In this document: positions 39,130 through 51,100 of the stretch, in pieces
Position numbering within the stretch: position 1 is the first letter of the stretch
How the letters are laid out: every line of letters begins with the position of its first letter
Origin: Octopus sinensis
Lineage: Eukaryota
Assembly: GCF_006345805.1 (NCBI RefSeq)
Contig: NC_043003.1
Span: forward strand, 33,170,001-33,234,000
Direction of reading: 5' to 3'
Length of the DNA: 64,000 nt
Notes under the pieces: generated by a model
Database searches by the model: none
What the model saw: the letters and a program-made list of their open reading frames with translations, nothing else
What the model was told of the DNA's origin: nothing
Made by a program: the position numbers and the translations under genes

Positions 39130-41275
39130 AATAATAATTTATAAGGCCACAAGGCCTTACATAAAATAACATAAAAGGATATAAAAGGACAATACAAAAG
39201 TGTTTTTAAATCGTGTAAACAGACAAAGAAGGAAAATTAAACAATTAAAACTCGCAAAAAGGGGAGGCGATTTAAAGGATGCTCGTTGAAAAACACCACA
39301 AAACCATGGGTGGCCTGACCAACAGGACAAGAGTCGTCTCCTTCCCTTTTGCTTTTACAGGTGCATGCTCTGGACAGGTTTGTTTTACACAAACAGCTTT
39401 TCCAACATTTACCCACCTTTCAACAAACTTGCTAGAAGGCAGCACCTCCCTGGCTTAACTTTTCAAGTGAAACGTAAAAAAGTTGTTGAGTGCTTTGCCA
39501 AAGAGGAAAGTGTATGTCCTCATCCCTTTCAAACGTGTCCACCACACAACCTCTTTCACTATACCCACCCGGCAGAAGGAGGGCGGCGGAGCAATACTCG
39601 CTATGGATTCAGTCGATAGCCGTGACAGCAGGTGTTCGACATAAACGCACAGATCAGCAATGCTCAAGAACAGGACAAGTGCGTGCAGAACGGTTTCGTC
39701 GCACTGCGCGCACCTCGGGCAAGCTCGGTTGATGGCACTTCTGTGCCTGTAAAGTTTACCTCGAACAGGTAACGTCCCCGGTAGCACTGCCAAGCCAGGG
39801 ATTTCTGGAAGTTAACCATAGACCCTGGCCTGGAAGTCCTCCAGAAGAGATATTGTGGTCATTATTGTCGACGCCCAGAGTTTCCTCGGGAACGCCGTCG
39901 CAATTTCTCCCCATTAACCATCTATAGAAAGCTAGAGTCGAAGCACCACCAACCGCATTCCCCGACTGGCAGAGAGATGTGAGTGCTTTACTGCACTCGA
40001 GGTGCCAAGCATCCCGCTTCGATCTGCGATTAATCCAGGAATGCAAATCAGTCAAGTAGACGAACTGTGGGTGGACCAGTCTAGGGAACGGCGACCACAC
40101 CTGCTCACCGTCAAGGAAACGCTGGATATGCTGCAGCCTGAGTACATGCCTAGGGATCAGTAACCACGTCATGCCAGGCCACCATTGAACTGATGTTGAC
40201 AGCAGATGAAGCGCCTGACCAGTGGAACGCGCTCACTTCCCAGAAAGTGGAAGTGTAAGCGCACCAGCTTGGTCAAGCAACACACGGAGCAAGGGACGAC
40301 GGTCAAGCACATGTACACATTCGCCACCTCAGCTAGGTCTTTCAGAGACAGTTTCCTCTTGGCTCATTTCTGGGTGCGATTGGCTATCCTACTCGTCACC
40401 TCGTCCCAATTTTTCCCACATGGACGTTCGGACCGAACCAGAACCCGAGCAAATTAACCGGTCCGTCTATCCAGGGTACCACGACGCTGCCGGACGGTAA
40501 GGATTTGCCTCGAGGTGTCGAGCTGCAAGGTCACTGATCTTTCCGCATTAATTTTTGCCCCTATCACCGCTTCATATTCCTTAAGTATGGCTCCTATCAG
40601 TTCTAAGTGCATGTGGCTCGACAGTATGGCGGTGACATCGTCAACATAAGCAGACACGGTTCTCCGACATTCTAGATCTCCCGGGATGCTCCTCAACGCC
40701 TCCAGCTTCCGCAGCAGTGGCTCAAAAGCCAGTAAGTACAGAAGAGACAAGAGTGGGCACCCTTGACGGACAAAGCGCAAGATGCAGAGAGGTTCTGACA
40801 GCTGGCCATTCACCCGAACGAACGAGCAAATGCCGCTACACAAAGCAGCAATCTAACCGCAGAAAACTGAACCGAAACCGTCTGCCATAAGAATTGCGAC
40901 TTTGTTGCTGTGTCCTTTTCTGTCACCAGCACCCAACGAACGGCTTTCGTCCCCTCCATGTTTTAGAGCACGCGGCGTAACTGGAACAAAGCAAACTTCA
41001 TGCTTAAGGCTGAAGGATCGTCTAAGGACTACTCTTGTCACAAGCACGTCTGTGGCAATGCCTTTTCTGAGCGCCTCTGCTATGTTACTAATTGGCTCTC
41101 ACTCTACTCTAGAATTCTCTGTCATTTATGAAACCCAATCGATTCTGATCTTTATAGCTCTTTTCGGTTCAAATGACTATCGGTTGTTGAGGTTTCCGCC
41201 TGTCAACTCCCTCTTTGCTAGTTCTCTAATCCGGTCACTGCAAACGTGGCGCACCAGGACAGATGCATTCATCTT
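39130..41275 (-). mobile_element. 5'-truncated Tx1/L1-clade LINE relic (RT and C-terminal Zn knuckle)
   Basis: VRVNGQLSEP...VRQGCPL.SLLY.LAFEPLLRKL...SAYVDDVT...YEAVIGAKIN, and C-terminal CPRCAQCDETVLHAL. The 3' end abuts the (AAT)n tract at 38990-39130. Confidence 0.88.
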
Positions 41276-41479
41276 CCAGTAAATGCATGTGTGAGCGCGC
41301 GCGCGAATGTATGTATCTTATCATTCTATTACCGGTTGCAGCCTGAAGCTGATTCCCCATGGTAGGAAAATACCATTAACATTAATGTTTGCTTTAAACA
41401 CTTTCTGGCTCCCTCTTCGGAATCAGTCTTGTAAATTACGTTCAAAACTCCCTATAGTTTTGTGTTATTATCAAGGTTC

Positions 41480-42000
41480 TTGACTACTTGTACTACTCAT
41501 ATCTGAGCATGACTGGAGGGAGTAGGCCACTGCACGACTGAGGGCATGTGTGATTGAACAATCAGGAACAGTAGTAATCCCAATACAGCACCCTGAGGAT
41601 TTCCGCTTTGCATTGATGTCTCTTGAGAGACATTGGCTGCGACTCTCTCATTCCTATCATTTAAAGTCATGCAAACTCTCGCCTATTTTCCCGATAATAC
41701 CAAGTCCCGCAATTTGTAGTACATCCTGCCGTTGTCAACTTCATCGAAAGTCCTTACTAAGTCGAGATGTATCACATCCATATTTGAATGGTTGAGCTGA
41801 TGTTTCAATATCTGTAGTAACTGTCAAGTAGTTGCTATGTTGGACAGAGACCATGCTGCGTGCTAATGAGGAAACCATGTTCTTCTAAGAACGTGATCAA
41901 CGTCCTTCTGACAATGCGTTCCATGGATTTGTTCACATGTCAGTTACGAGAGAGATTAGCCTATAATCTTTAGCGTTTGCTCGGCTCCTTGCTTCTGGAT
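41480..42000 (-). mobile_element. Degenerate CR1-type RT fragment
   Basis: Minus-strand pieces HVNKSMERIVR, DLVRTFDEVDNG (DFAKAFDKVDH-like) and SGNPQGAVLGLLLFLI. Confidence 0.7.
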
Positions 42001-43013
42001 AGTTTATATTGCTTTTTTTTAACATTTTGGAAAGTTTATCACATGCTGGGAAGCTCTAGAAAAGTAACTGTAGTTGTTTCGCGAAAAATGATTCGAAAAC
42101 ACACAGGGACCACCGCTGATCTCTAGTCTAATACATACATACGTATATACAAGCATACATAAATAAATGCCATACCACGTATATATACACATACATAGGA
42201 ACAAATATACATATATAATTATCCTTACATGTGTTTAGATGTATTTAGATACATATGCACACACATACACACACATGCACCCACCACATATATATTCACA
42301 CATAGATGCATACTTACGCACACACGTATGGATAATAGCATATAGAAAAAACAACAACATATTAGCACATATAATCCCTTCCAAATAAGGAAAACTAATG
42401 TGATTCAAAGAGAGACAGGATCGTCAGACAGACAATGATGCCCTTTGTAGATTCTTGATCATATATATATCGAAACCAACACCATCTGTCAACCTGAGAC
42501 AGAAATGGTATTTGGCGTCATTTGCATCTATCCTACATATTATTAGAAACGGTTGGATTTGAACTTAGATTATGATGATACGCAAATCATTTTCTCTGTG
42601 CATTATGCATAAGCATTGCTATGAAGTTATTTCTGGTTTTGCAAATAAAAATTCATAATTTGATAATTGTTCTGTGTAACAGAGAGGGAAACCTACAGAG
42701 AAATATACATGTATGTATGAATATATACAAGTGTGTGTATGCATGAGTGTATGCATGCATATATATGCATATGTGTATATACATACACATACATACATAT
42801 ATATGTGTGTGTGTATAAATACACAGAGATGGATGGTGAGCAACAGTAAAGGATGTCACAGAGATAGATATTCATAGTCATATATATATATATCTTTATA
42901 TATGTATATATATACACAAATATACATATATGTATACAAATATATATATATGCATATATACAAATATATATATATACATATATATATATATATTTATATA
43001 CATACATACATGC

Positions 43014-43082
<69 letters not shown>

Positions 43083-43203
43083 TATATATTTATATACATA
43101 CATACAAGCATATATATATACATATATAATTAAATTCATACCTACCTACATACATACATACATATATATATATATATACACAAATATACATATATGTATA
43201 CAA

Positions 43204-43234
<31 letters not shown>

Positions 43235-44532
43235 ATATATATACACGTAAGTATGTATGCATCTACAACATAAAAAAGGGGGATATATAATAGAAAAGGT
43301 AGATGTATCAATGGGGATAAAGGGAAAATTATTAGACATGGAAATTGAAGAAATAAATAGATTAAAAGATAGATGCAACATTTGGAAATAAAGAAATAAA
43401 AATGACAATGAGAGAAAATACGAGAAGCAACAGACTAGAAACAAAAGAAGTCAGGGGAAGGTATTGTGTCATTGTGAATTATGTTGAAGAATATCAATAC
43501 ATATATTTCAAGACATACATACTTACACATGTATTACCACGCATGCGCGTGCACTCTCAGGCAGACAGACACAGACATAGATACACAAGCACACACAAAC
43601 ACACACACAGGCGCCCCTACACACGCTTATACAGACGCATGTATAAATATTTCTGTATATGTTAACACATATATTTATATGCCATTGTATATGCATAATA
43701 GAATATATATATATATATATAAGCTTGTGGGGATATATGTATATTTGTATATGCATGTGATATATATATACGTATATATATATATTAAATATCAATATAT
43801 TTATAAAACTTACTATATATGAAATATATGAACACTCAGTCACGTATGTTTACTCACACACACGCACGCGTATTGATGCAATGAGAAGGAACTAGGAAAA
43901 AAGGGGAAGGAACAGAGAGGAAAAATAGAAAAATATTCGATCCAAGAAAGAAAGGGGACAAAATAAGGACAGAGGGACAATGCCGTTTTAACTGAAAGGG
44001 AGGGAAAAAAAAAGATATTAAGTGTTCAGAGAACAATCATGAATTCATTGAAAATGGAATGTAATGAAATAAACGAAAATGAGTTTAAAACAACTTGAAA
44101 ATTCGTAGAAAAAAAAGGAAGAAAATTTAGTTAAAGAACAAAGACAAAAAATGTGAGAAAACTATGGATTTAGCAATAGAAAAAAAACTGACAACACACA
44201 AACAAAAACAAGAAGTGAAATTGAACACCAAATAATTTTATAGAAACCAAAACATCTCTCTGCTTTAGTAAAAATTAAAATTCGTCATTAAAACAATTAA
44301 TATTCCCGGTTGGCATCTTGTAATGATATCTATCGAGGAAGATTCTTGGATGATTTAAATGAAATAAATCTATTCTCTTATAGAATAGCAATAAATAACG
44401 TATATTATATACATATATATTATTATTGTTACCATTACGTAGGTCTATACACCCAAAAACACACACACATACACACATATATATATGAATACAAGTATGT
44501 ATATATATATATATACATACATACATAGACAA

Positions 44533-44563
<31 letters not shown>

Positions 44564-44621
44564 CATACGTACATACGTATTTACATGCATGCATGCATAC
44601 ATACATAGATACATACATACA

Positions 44622-44652
<31 letters not shown>

Positions 44653-44755
44653 GTACATACATACATATATACATATGTGCGTGCCATTTGCGGAATCCGT
44701 GTTATTGCATACGTTTTAAATCACAAAGGAATTTATATAAACTTCTGCTTGCACA

Positions 44756-44804
<49 letters not shown>

Positions 44805-45111
44805 ACTCTCTCTCCCTCTTTATATATATATATATATATATTACCACAAACATATAGAGATACATAGGAATAGACAATATGTGTTCTGCAAATTTTTGCT
44901 AAAGATTTCTATCTGGATTTATGTTTCTAAATCTGTTTTTGATTTCTGACCAAACGAAGGATGCAAAAATAGACTGTTTCACAAATTCTTATGGCCCTTA
45001 TTCATTAGATCACTCAAAAAATTATATCTAAATACATAAGTATAGTCGTAAATACAGATACATATGTGTGTGTACTTTGTGTGTGTAAACAAATCATGTA
45101 TGTATATATAC

Positions 45112-45202
<91 letters not shown>

Positions 45203-45229
45203 GTATATACATATATACATATATATATG

Positions 45230-45551
45230 TATACACAAATACAAGTGAGTGTCCACTATGTGGTCGCTCTTGCGCTAAAAATAGATCCACAATGGTCTAC
45301 ACCACCAAGAATTGTTCTCAAGGAAAATTAGCACAACTATGAACGTACGTTCATGAGAGAAAACTATGAACGTACGTTCATAGTTGTGCTAATTTTCCTT
45401 GGGAACAATTTTGGTGGTGTAGACCATTGCGGATTTGTTCATAGTTGTGCTAATTTTCCTTGGGAACATTTCTTGGTGGTGTAGACCATTGCGGATCTAT
45501 TTTTAGCGCAAGAGCGACCACATAGGGGACACTCTCTTATATTTGTGTATA
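45230..45551. repeat. Inverted repeat element with a duplicated central palindrome and an internally duplicated right arm
   Basis: The left arm 45230-45343 is mirrored by 45377-45551, part of which is duplicated in tandem. ATGAACGTACGTTCAT occurs at 45339-45354 and 45366-45381. Confidence 0.85.
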
Positions 45552-45654
45552 AATTTTTACTGGACCCCAGGTTTTTATGCGCTAAACCACTTCGTGTTAA
45601 ATTGATGTTATTATTGAATTAATATCTAATTTTTGCACCCTTATTTGTGATATA

Positions 45655-45694
<40 letters not shown>

Positions 45695-45903
45695 ATAAAT
45701 ATTAGGGAATAAATCCAAACTTACAGGGAAAAATCAGATTTAGGATTGAATCCAATTTTATAGTAAAATATTATATTATATTAAATTAGAGACAAAACCA
45801 CTATTAGGCAAATCAAACAATGAAAGACTTAAGCCAATACATATGATTAATTTATATTATTTAAATATATAACAAAATTATTAAAAAAATATAATTAATA
45901 TCA

Positions 45904-45968
45904 CACTACGATCGTTTCATGCCTGCTAACATCTTCAAATTTTTTAGTCGCAGTCATTCATCAGGTGG
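45904..45968 (-). ncRNA. Minimal type-I hammerhead motif, core intact
   Basis: Helix I CAC/GTG (3 bp only); CTGATGA; helix II ATG..CTGC..CTAA / TTAG.CAG..CAT; GAAA; helix III palindrome ACGATCGT; GUA site, predicted cut between 45907 and 45906. Confidence 0.6.
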
Positions 45969-46016
45969 TTTAAATATTTTTCTTGGCGGGGTTTAAACCA
46001 AGAAAAATATTTAAAC

Positions 46017-46080
46017 CACCTGATGAATGACTGCGACTAAAAAATTTGAAGATGTTAGCAGGCATGAAACGATCCTAGTG
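46017..46080 (+). ncRNA. Mirror hammerhead motif with helix III disrupted (G16.2 to C)
   Basis: CTGATGA 46020-46026, GAAA 46066-46069, then CGATCCTA instead of CGATCGTA. Confidence 0.5.
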
Positions 46081-46212
46081 TGATATTAATTATATTTTTT
46101 AAATAATTTTGTTTATATATTAAATAATATAAATTAATCATATGTATTGGCTTAAGTCTTTCATTGTTTGATTTGCCTAATAGTGGTTTTGTCTCTAATT
46201 TAATATAATATA

Positions 46213-46269
<57 letters not shown>

Positions 46270-46278
46270 GTATATATA

Positions 46279-46325
<47 letters not shown>

Positions 46326-46630
46326 ATATCTATATGTGTATGTATATCGCATAGATAAATTATTAGTTTGCTGGGTTGATATACACGAATAGGCATAGGT
46401 GGTTAACCAGGTGGCTCCGTGTTCATGCCTAATAAGCGGTTCCTTGTCAAAGTATTTACTTATATACCAGCCAGACGAATGAATCTGTGAGTAAATTTTG
46501 CCCTATCACACACATACACACACATATATATATATATGTATGTATATATGTTTTATACATATATATATATATGTATATGTATGTGTATATATATATACAC
46601 ATATGTATACGTACATACATATATATATAT

Positions 46631-47692
46631 GTTCATAGTGGCCCTTTCAGACATGCCTTCAGTTGCTACGATGACCACCCTTGCTAGCTATGCAGATGAC
46701 ACAAAGGTCTCCCACGCAATACAGAACCCTGAAAATATTGCGCATCTGCAACATGAGCTGGACACATATACAGGTGGGCTGAGGACAACAACATGCAGTT
46801 TAATGCAGGTAAGTTCCAGGCCCTGCGCTACTGGCACACAAAGGTAAATGACGTGAAGACTGGATACACTGGCCCAGGAAGAATTGCAATCCCTGAGTCA
46901 AAATCAGTGCGTGACCTGGGCATTGACATGAGCAATGATGCATCTTTCCAATGCATATTGCTAATCTGGTGATAAAATGCAGACGGCTAGCTGGATGGAT
47001 TCTCCGAACTTTCAGAACAAGAGAGAAGGAGACACTGATGGTCCTATGGAAAACATTTGTCCTCAGCCGCTTGGACTACTGCTCCCAACTTTGGTCACCA
47101 CACAATATAAAACAAACAGCAGAACTCGAAGCAACTCAGAGAAGCTACACAAAGAAAATCGTCTCAATGCAAAATGTCAGCTACTGGGAAAGACTGAAGG
47201 TATTAAACCTCTTCTCCCTGGAGCGGAGGCGGGAGAGATATGCAGTAATATACATCTGGAAAATCCTGGAGGGTCTTATCCCAAACTTTGGCATTCAAAG
47301 TTACTCCAACCGCAGAACGGGGCGCCGCTGCGTGGTGCCAAGGATTCCAACATCACCATCAAAATACAGGTCCAGATACTGCAACAGCTTGGGTTTCAGA
47401 GGACCACAGCTTTTCAACATCCTCCCTAAATGCCTGAGAGACTTACATGGTGGATGTGGGTTTCTTTAAAACTAAAGTTTCTTTAAAACTAAACTGGATC
47501 TCTTCTTGTTGGAAGTCCCAGATGAACCTACCTCACGACAGGAGACGCGGATGCGGGCAGCAGCATCGAACTCCCTTGTTGATCAAGTGCCACGTATCAG
47601 AGGTGGATTCACAAACTAGTGTGGCTCATTCAGCGGTGGTGCCCCAGCATGGCCGCGGCCTTCGGGCTAAAACATTTTAAAGGATTAAGGAT
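46631..47692 (+). mobile_element. 5'-truncated CR1-clade LINE (RT C-terminal half and 3' UTR)
   Basis: SYADDTKV, NNMQFNAGKFQALRY, GWILRTFRTR, LSRLDYCSQLWSP, SYWERLKVLNLFSLERRRERY. It ends in an (AAGGATT)-like tail. Confidence 0.92.
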
Positions 47693-47981
47693 TTATATAT
47701 ATATATATATGTATATCTTAAAAGCAGACGATTGTGTGTTTTCTGAGACTGTTATAAACAATTCATGAAGAGACTTAATTGTGACCGTCTGGCGCAGTCT
47801 GGCAGGTAGTATGCACTACATCAATAAGAATCTGCAATACGTTAGGTATCTTTCAGGTCATCAGTCAATAATGAGATGCTTATGGATCAACAGTTCATCA
47901 ACAGGTGAAATCTCGTAGCAGAACTACCAGCATGCAAAACGTATATGCTTCGACCCTAAACGATTCACTTTTATATTTATA

Positions 47982-48026
<45 letters not shown>

Positions 48027-48398
48027 ATTTTACACTGAGATGGCTAGAATATGTATAAGTATATGTGGTAATGGATTGTTTGTAATTTGGGGGCGAATGA
48101 AAATGAGGAAACTCAGTACCTGCAATCAGTAAATGCCTTATACACACTGAAATCTTTTCACATAATCCTTGCCGCTACAATTATATTAATGTTTACGTCA
48201 CAGATATTCCCTATATTAATGTCTGATATTTGAAACGTCGCAAAAGAATTCAGTTGAAACTAAGTATACATACATTTATATCTGCCTACATACATACCTA
48301 CATACATACATACATACATACATACATACATACATACATACATACATACATACATACGTATGTACGTGCAAACATAAGTGCATGCATATATACATATA

Positions 48399-49080
48399 TA
48401 TAGTGGTATCAAAACCCTCCGCGACTAGTTTTCTAGCGTGACACCAGATAACAGCAAACAGTTGTGTGCACAGTGACAGCTAGCTGTAACGTTGCTGTGT
48501 TTACTTCACAAGCTGTGAAATTTGTGTTTTTTGTGATCACGTGTATGCTTTAGTCTGCGATTTTGTCACGGACAGATACAAAATCCAACGTGAAAGTTTG
48601 CGTTAAACATGGAACATCTGCTCGAGAGATATTGAGCATGCTTCAACAAGATTATGGTGACGTGGCATTGGACTCTTCAAAGACGGAAAAACGTCCCTGA
48701 AACATGATGAGCGATCTAGGAGACCTGCGATGAGCTTAACCCTCGGAAATGTGGGTTAAGAATTCATCCTCCAGAGCCGTACCGTCAATCTCGAATTCTA
48801 CTGCGACATTTTGAAGCGTCTCAAGGAGGACATTCGGCGAAAGCGACTGGAGCTGTGGATCCTTCACTGACCTCTCCTCACTCGTGAGTTTCTCGCGAAA
48901 AGCAACATGGTATTGCCTCCGAACCCACCTTATTCTCTAGATTAAGCCCCCTGCAGACTTGCATCTCTTCTCCAAGATGAAAATTCTTCTCAAAGGACAA
49001 CGTTTTAACACCGTTGTCGAGAACCAGAGTAAATCGCAGAAGGTCCTCGTCTCGTTTACGGAAAACGACTCCCAGGCCGG
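48399..49080 (+). mobile_element. Internally deleted mariner relic
   Basis: NVKVCVKHGTSAREILSMLQQDYGD, FKDGKTSLKHDERSRRP, TVNLEFYCDILKRLKEDIRRKR, PPYSLD.AP and LFSKMKILLKGQRF. Confidence 0.85.
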
Positions 49081-49089
49081 CGACACGTC

Positions 49090-49200
49090 GTGACTTTGAG
49101 CAAGACACTTTATTTCACATTGCTTCAATTTCACTCAGCTGTCAGAAATGAGTAGTACCTCCACTTCAAATTGATGACTGTACTAGTCAAGGCACAGCTG
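49090..49200 (+). mobile_element. CORE-like SINE central-domain fragment
   Basis: gactttgagcaagacactttatttcacattgcttcaatttcactcagctg resembles the core at 52865-52935. Confidence 0.5.
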
Positions 49201-49357
49201 ATGTTGTGAAGCAATAACCTCTGTAAATGCCGAGAGTGCTGATAGCTCAGAATTCTTATTGCGATTTAATGCTATATGCTTATTGCATTTTGAGGTTGCA
49301 GTATTTATGTTTACATGTTTCTTGCTTCCCGAATTAATTATGTTCAATAAAAAATAG

Positions 49358-49621
49358 ACAATTGCAGCGTGGAAGGTGTTTATAAGCCATTAAGAAACAC
49401 ACAAAAACTGTTAGATTCACTTCAACATTTAAATCTAATTTTTCAAAATATTTTCGTCGCTTTGAGACCGCGACCTGTTCACTGAAAAAACTTCGTGCTT
49501 CGTTAACAGGTCGCGGTGACAAAGCGACGAAAATATTTGACAAATTTAAATGTTGAAGTGAATCTAACGGTTTTTGCGTGTTTCTTAAATGGCTTATAAA
49601 CACTTTCCACGCTGCAATTGT
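49358..49621. mobile_element. MITE-looking 264-bp fold-back with a hammerhead-like motif in each arm
   Basis: Arms 49358-49481 and 49503-49621 are near-perfect reverse complements with a ~21-nt spacer. Confidence 0.85.
49439..49489 (-). ncRNA. Candidate minimal hammerhead with a swapped G3-C8 core pair
   Basis: Minus strand: TTTTTCA-GTGAACA-G-GTCGC(ggtctcaaa)GCGAC-GAAA-ATAT-T-T-TGAAAAA. This gives a 7-bp helix I, a 5-bp helix II and a palindromic helix III. Confidence 0.6.
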
Positions 49622-49624
49622 TTT

Positions 49625-49752
49625 CGTTCCAGCACACGATCTCAGATCAAGTCACTCGCTACATCTCCGTAATGAAAAATAACTTATTCACCTAAATTTT
49701 TACATCCTCTCCTTCAAAATAGTCATCTTCTGCAGCAATACACCGGCCCCAG
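49625..49752 (-). mobile_element. Mariner 3' end fragment
   Basis: The minus strand reads WGRCIAAEDDYFEGEDVKI*, the mariner C-terminal W..CI...GDYFE motif. Confidence 0.65.
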
Positions 49753-49756
49753 TTTT

Positions 49757-49820
49757 GGAATTGGACTCACGACCTTACAATCGAGAGCCAAATACCCAAA
49801 CCACTAAGCCACACAGCTTC
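49757..49820 (-). mobile_element. tRNA-like SINE head fragment
   Basis: gtgtggcttagtggtttgggtatttggctctcgattgtaaggtcgtgagtccaattcc. Confidence 0.55.
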
Positions 49821-50947
49821 ATCTCTCTCACTCTCACTTCCTCTCTCTCTCTCTCTCACTTTCTCTCCCTCTCTCTCTCTCACTCTCTCTCTCTTACTAT
49901 ATATCAGACTTACTCATAAAATTGCATCACTTTATAGAACCTAATAAGTACTGTGGTTGATTCATTCGACTAAAAATTCTGGAATGCTATGCCCCAGAAT
50001 AGCTGCAGTCTAATGATTAAAACAAAAAACAAATAAAAGAATTAGGAAATTTTAATATAGACATTTTAAAACATGCATAAATGCAATTTAAAAACTGTAA
50101 AACTAGAAAGCAAAATTCAAACAATGTCATTGGCTCATAATTGCATTCTTTTACCACAATACAGGGGAGAGCTGCAGTCTGTTAGCTGTTTAACTTTCTA
50201 ACTAAATTTCAGAAACTAGAATAGTATATAAATATTTCGCAGAAGATCTCAATGTGATATTGCTGACAAGCGACCTTCTAGATGGTGATCTTATGATGAT
50301 TTAATTTCCTATCTGACGTAGCTTCTAGGTTATCGCATTACTTTATATATGTGCATTTCTGAACTGCTATGTGGGAATGAATATCTGCATAGGATCGAAA
50401 TTTAAATTGATGTGTATCCAGTTTGCAGTTCCATTTATGCGATACAGAATTCATTTCTAAGAATAAAAGACAGAATTTTCACTTGTTCAATTATGGGGAG
50501 TGTGTCCCATCTATAACTTTGAAATAAAGGCATACAAAGAAAATGATAGCTGATTCAAATTATATATAACTGGGAAGAACAAAATAATTTCCTTTCATTA
50601 ACGGACGTGAACTAAGCTTTAGGTATATATCTCCTAAAGAACAGTCTGTGAGAAGGAAGTATTACACAGCATAGTCCAAGATAAACTTAGTCTAACGAGA
50701 TGACCAGGTTTAAAATTCACCTAGCGACGACGGTTCACCTCGAAGTAAGCAATATCATAAAACAATGCAGCAGCAACAGTAACTACACCGTATCAGAAAC
50801 AAGGCCTTTAAACGCTCATGTTTTTTCATAAAAATACATCATACAATTTTCAATCCGTCAAAGTAATTTTGTCAATCCTCATTTGTTTTATATATATATA
50901 AATATATAAATATATACATACATACACACACAACCACACACACACAC

Positions 50948-51026
<79 letters not shown>

Positions 51027-51067
51027 TATAAATATATACATACATACACACACACACACACACACGC

Positions 51068-51100
<33 letters not shown>

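Larger units (their letters stand above)
45690..46212. mobile_element. Non-coding fold-back element (arms 45772-45986 and 45998-46212) with one hammerhead motif per arm
   Basis: Near-perfect ~215-bp inverted arms separated by an 11-nt spacer, flanked by (AT)n. Confidence 0.8.
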
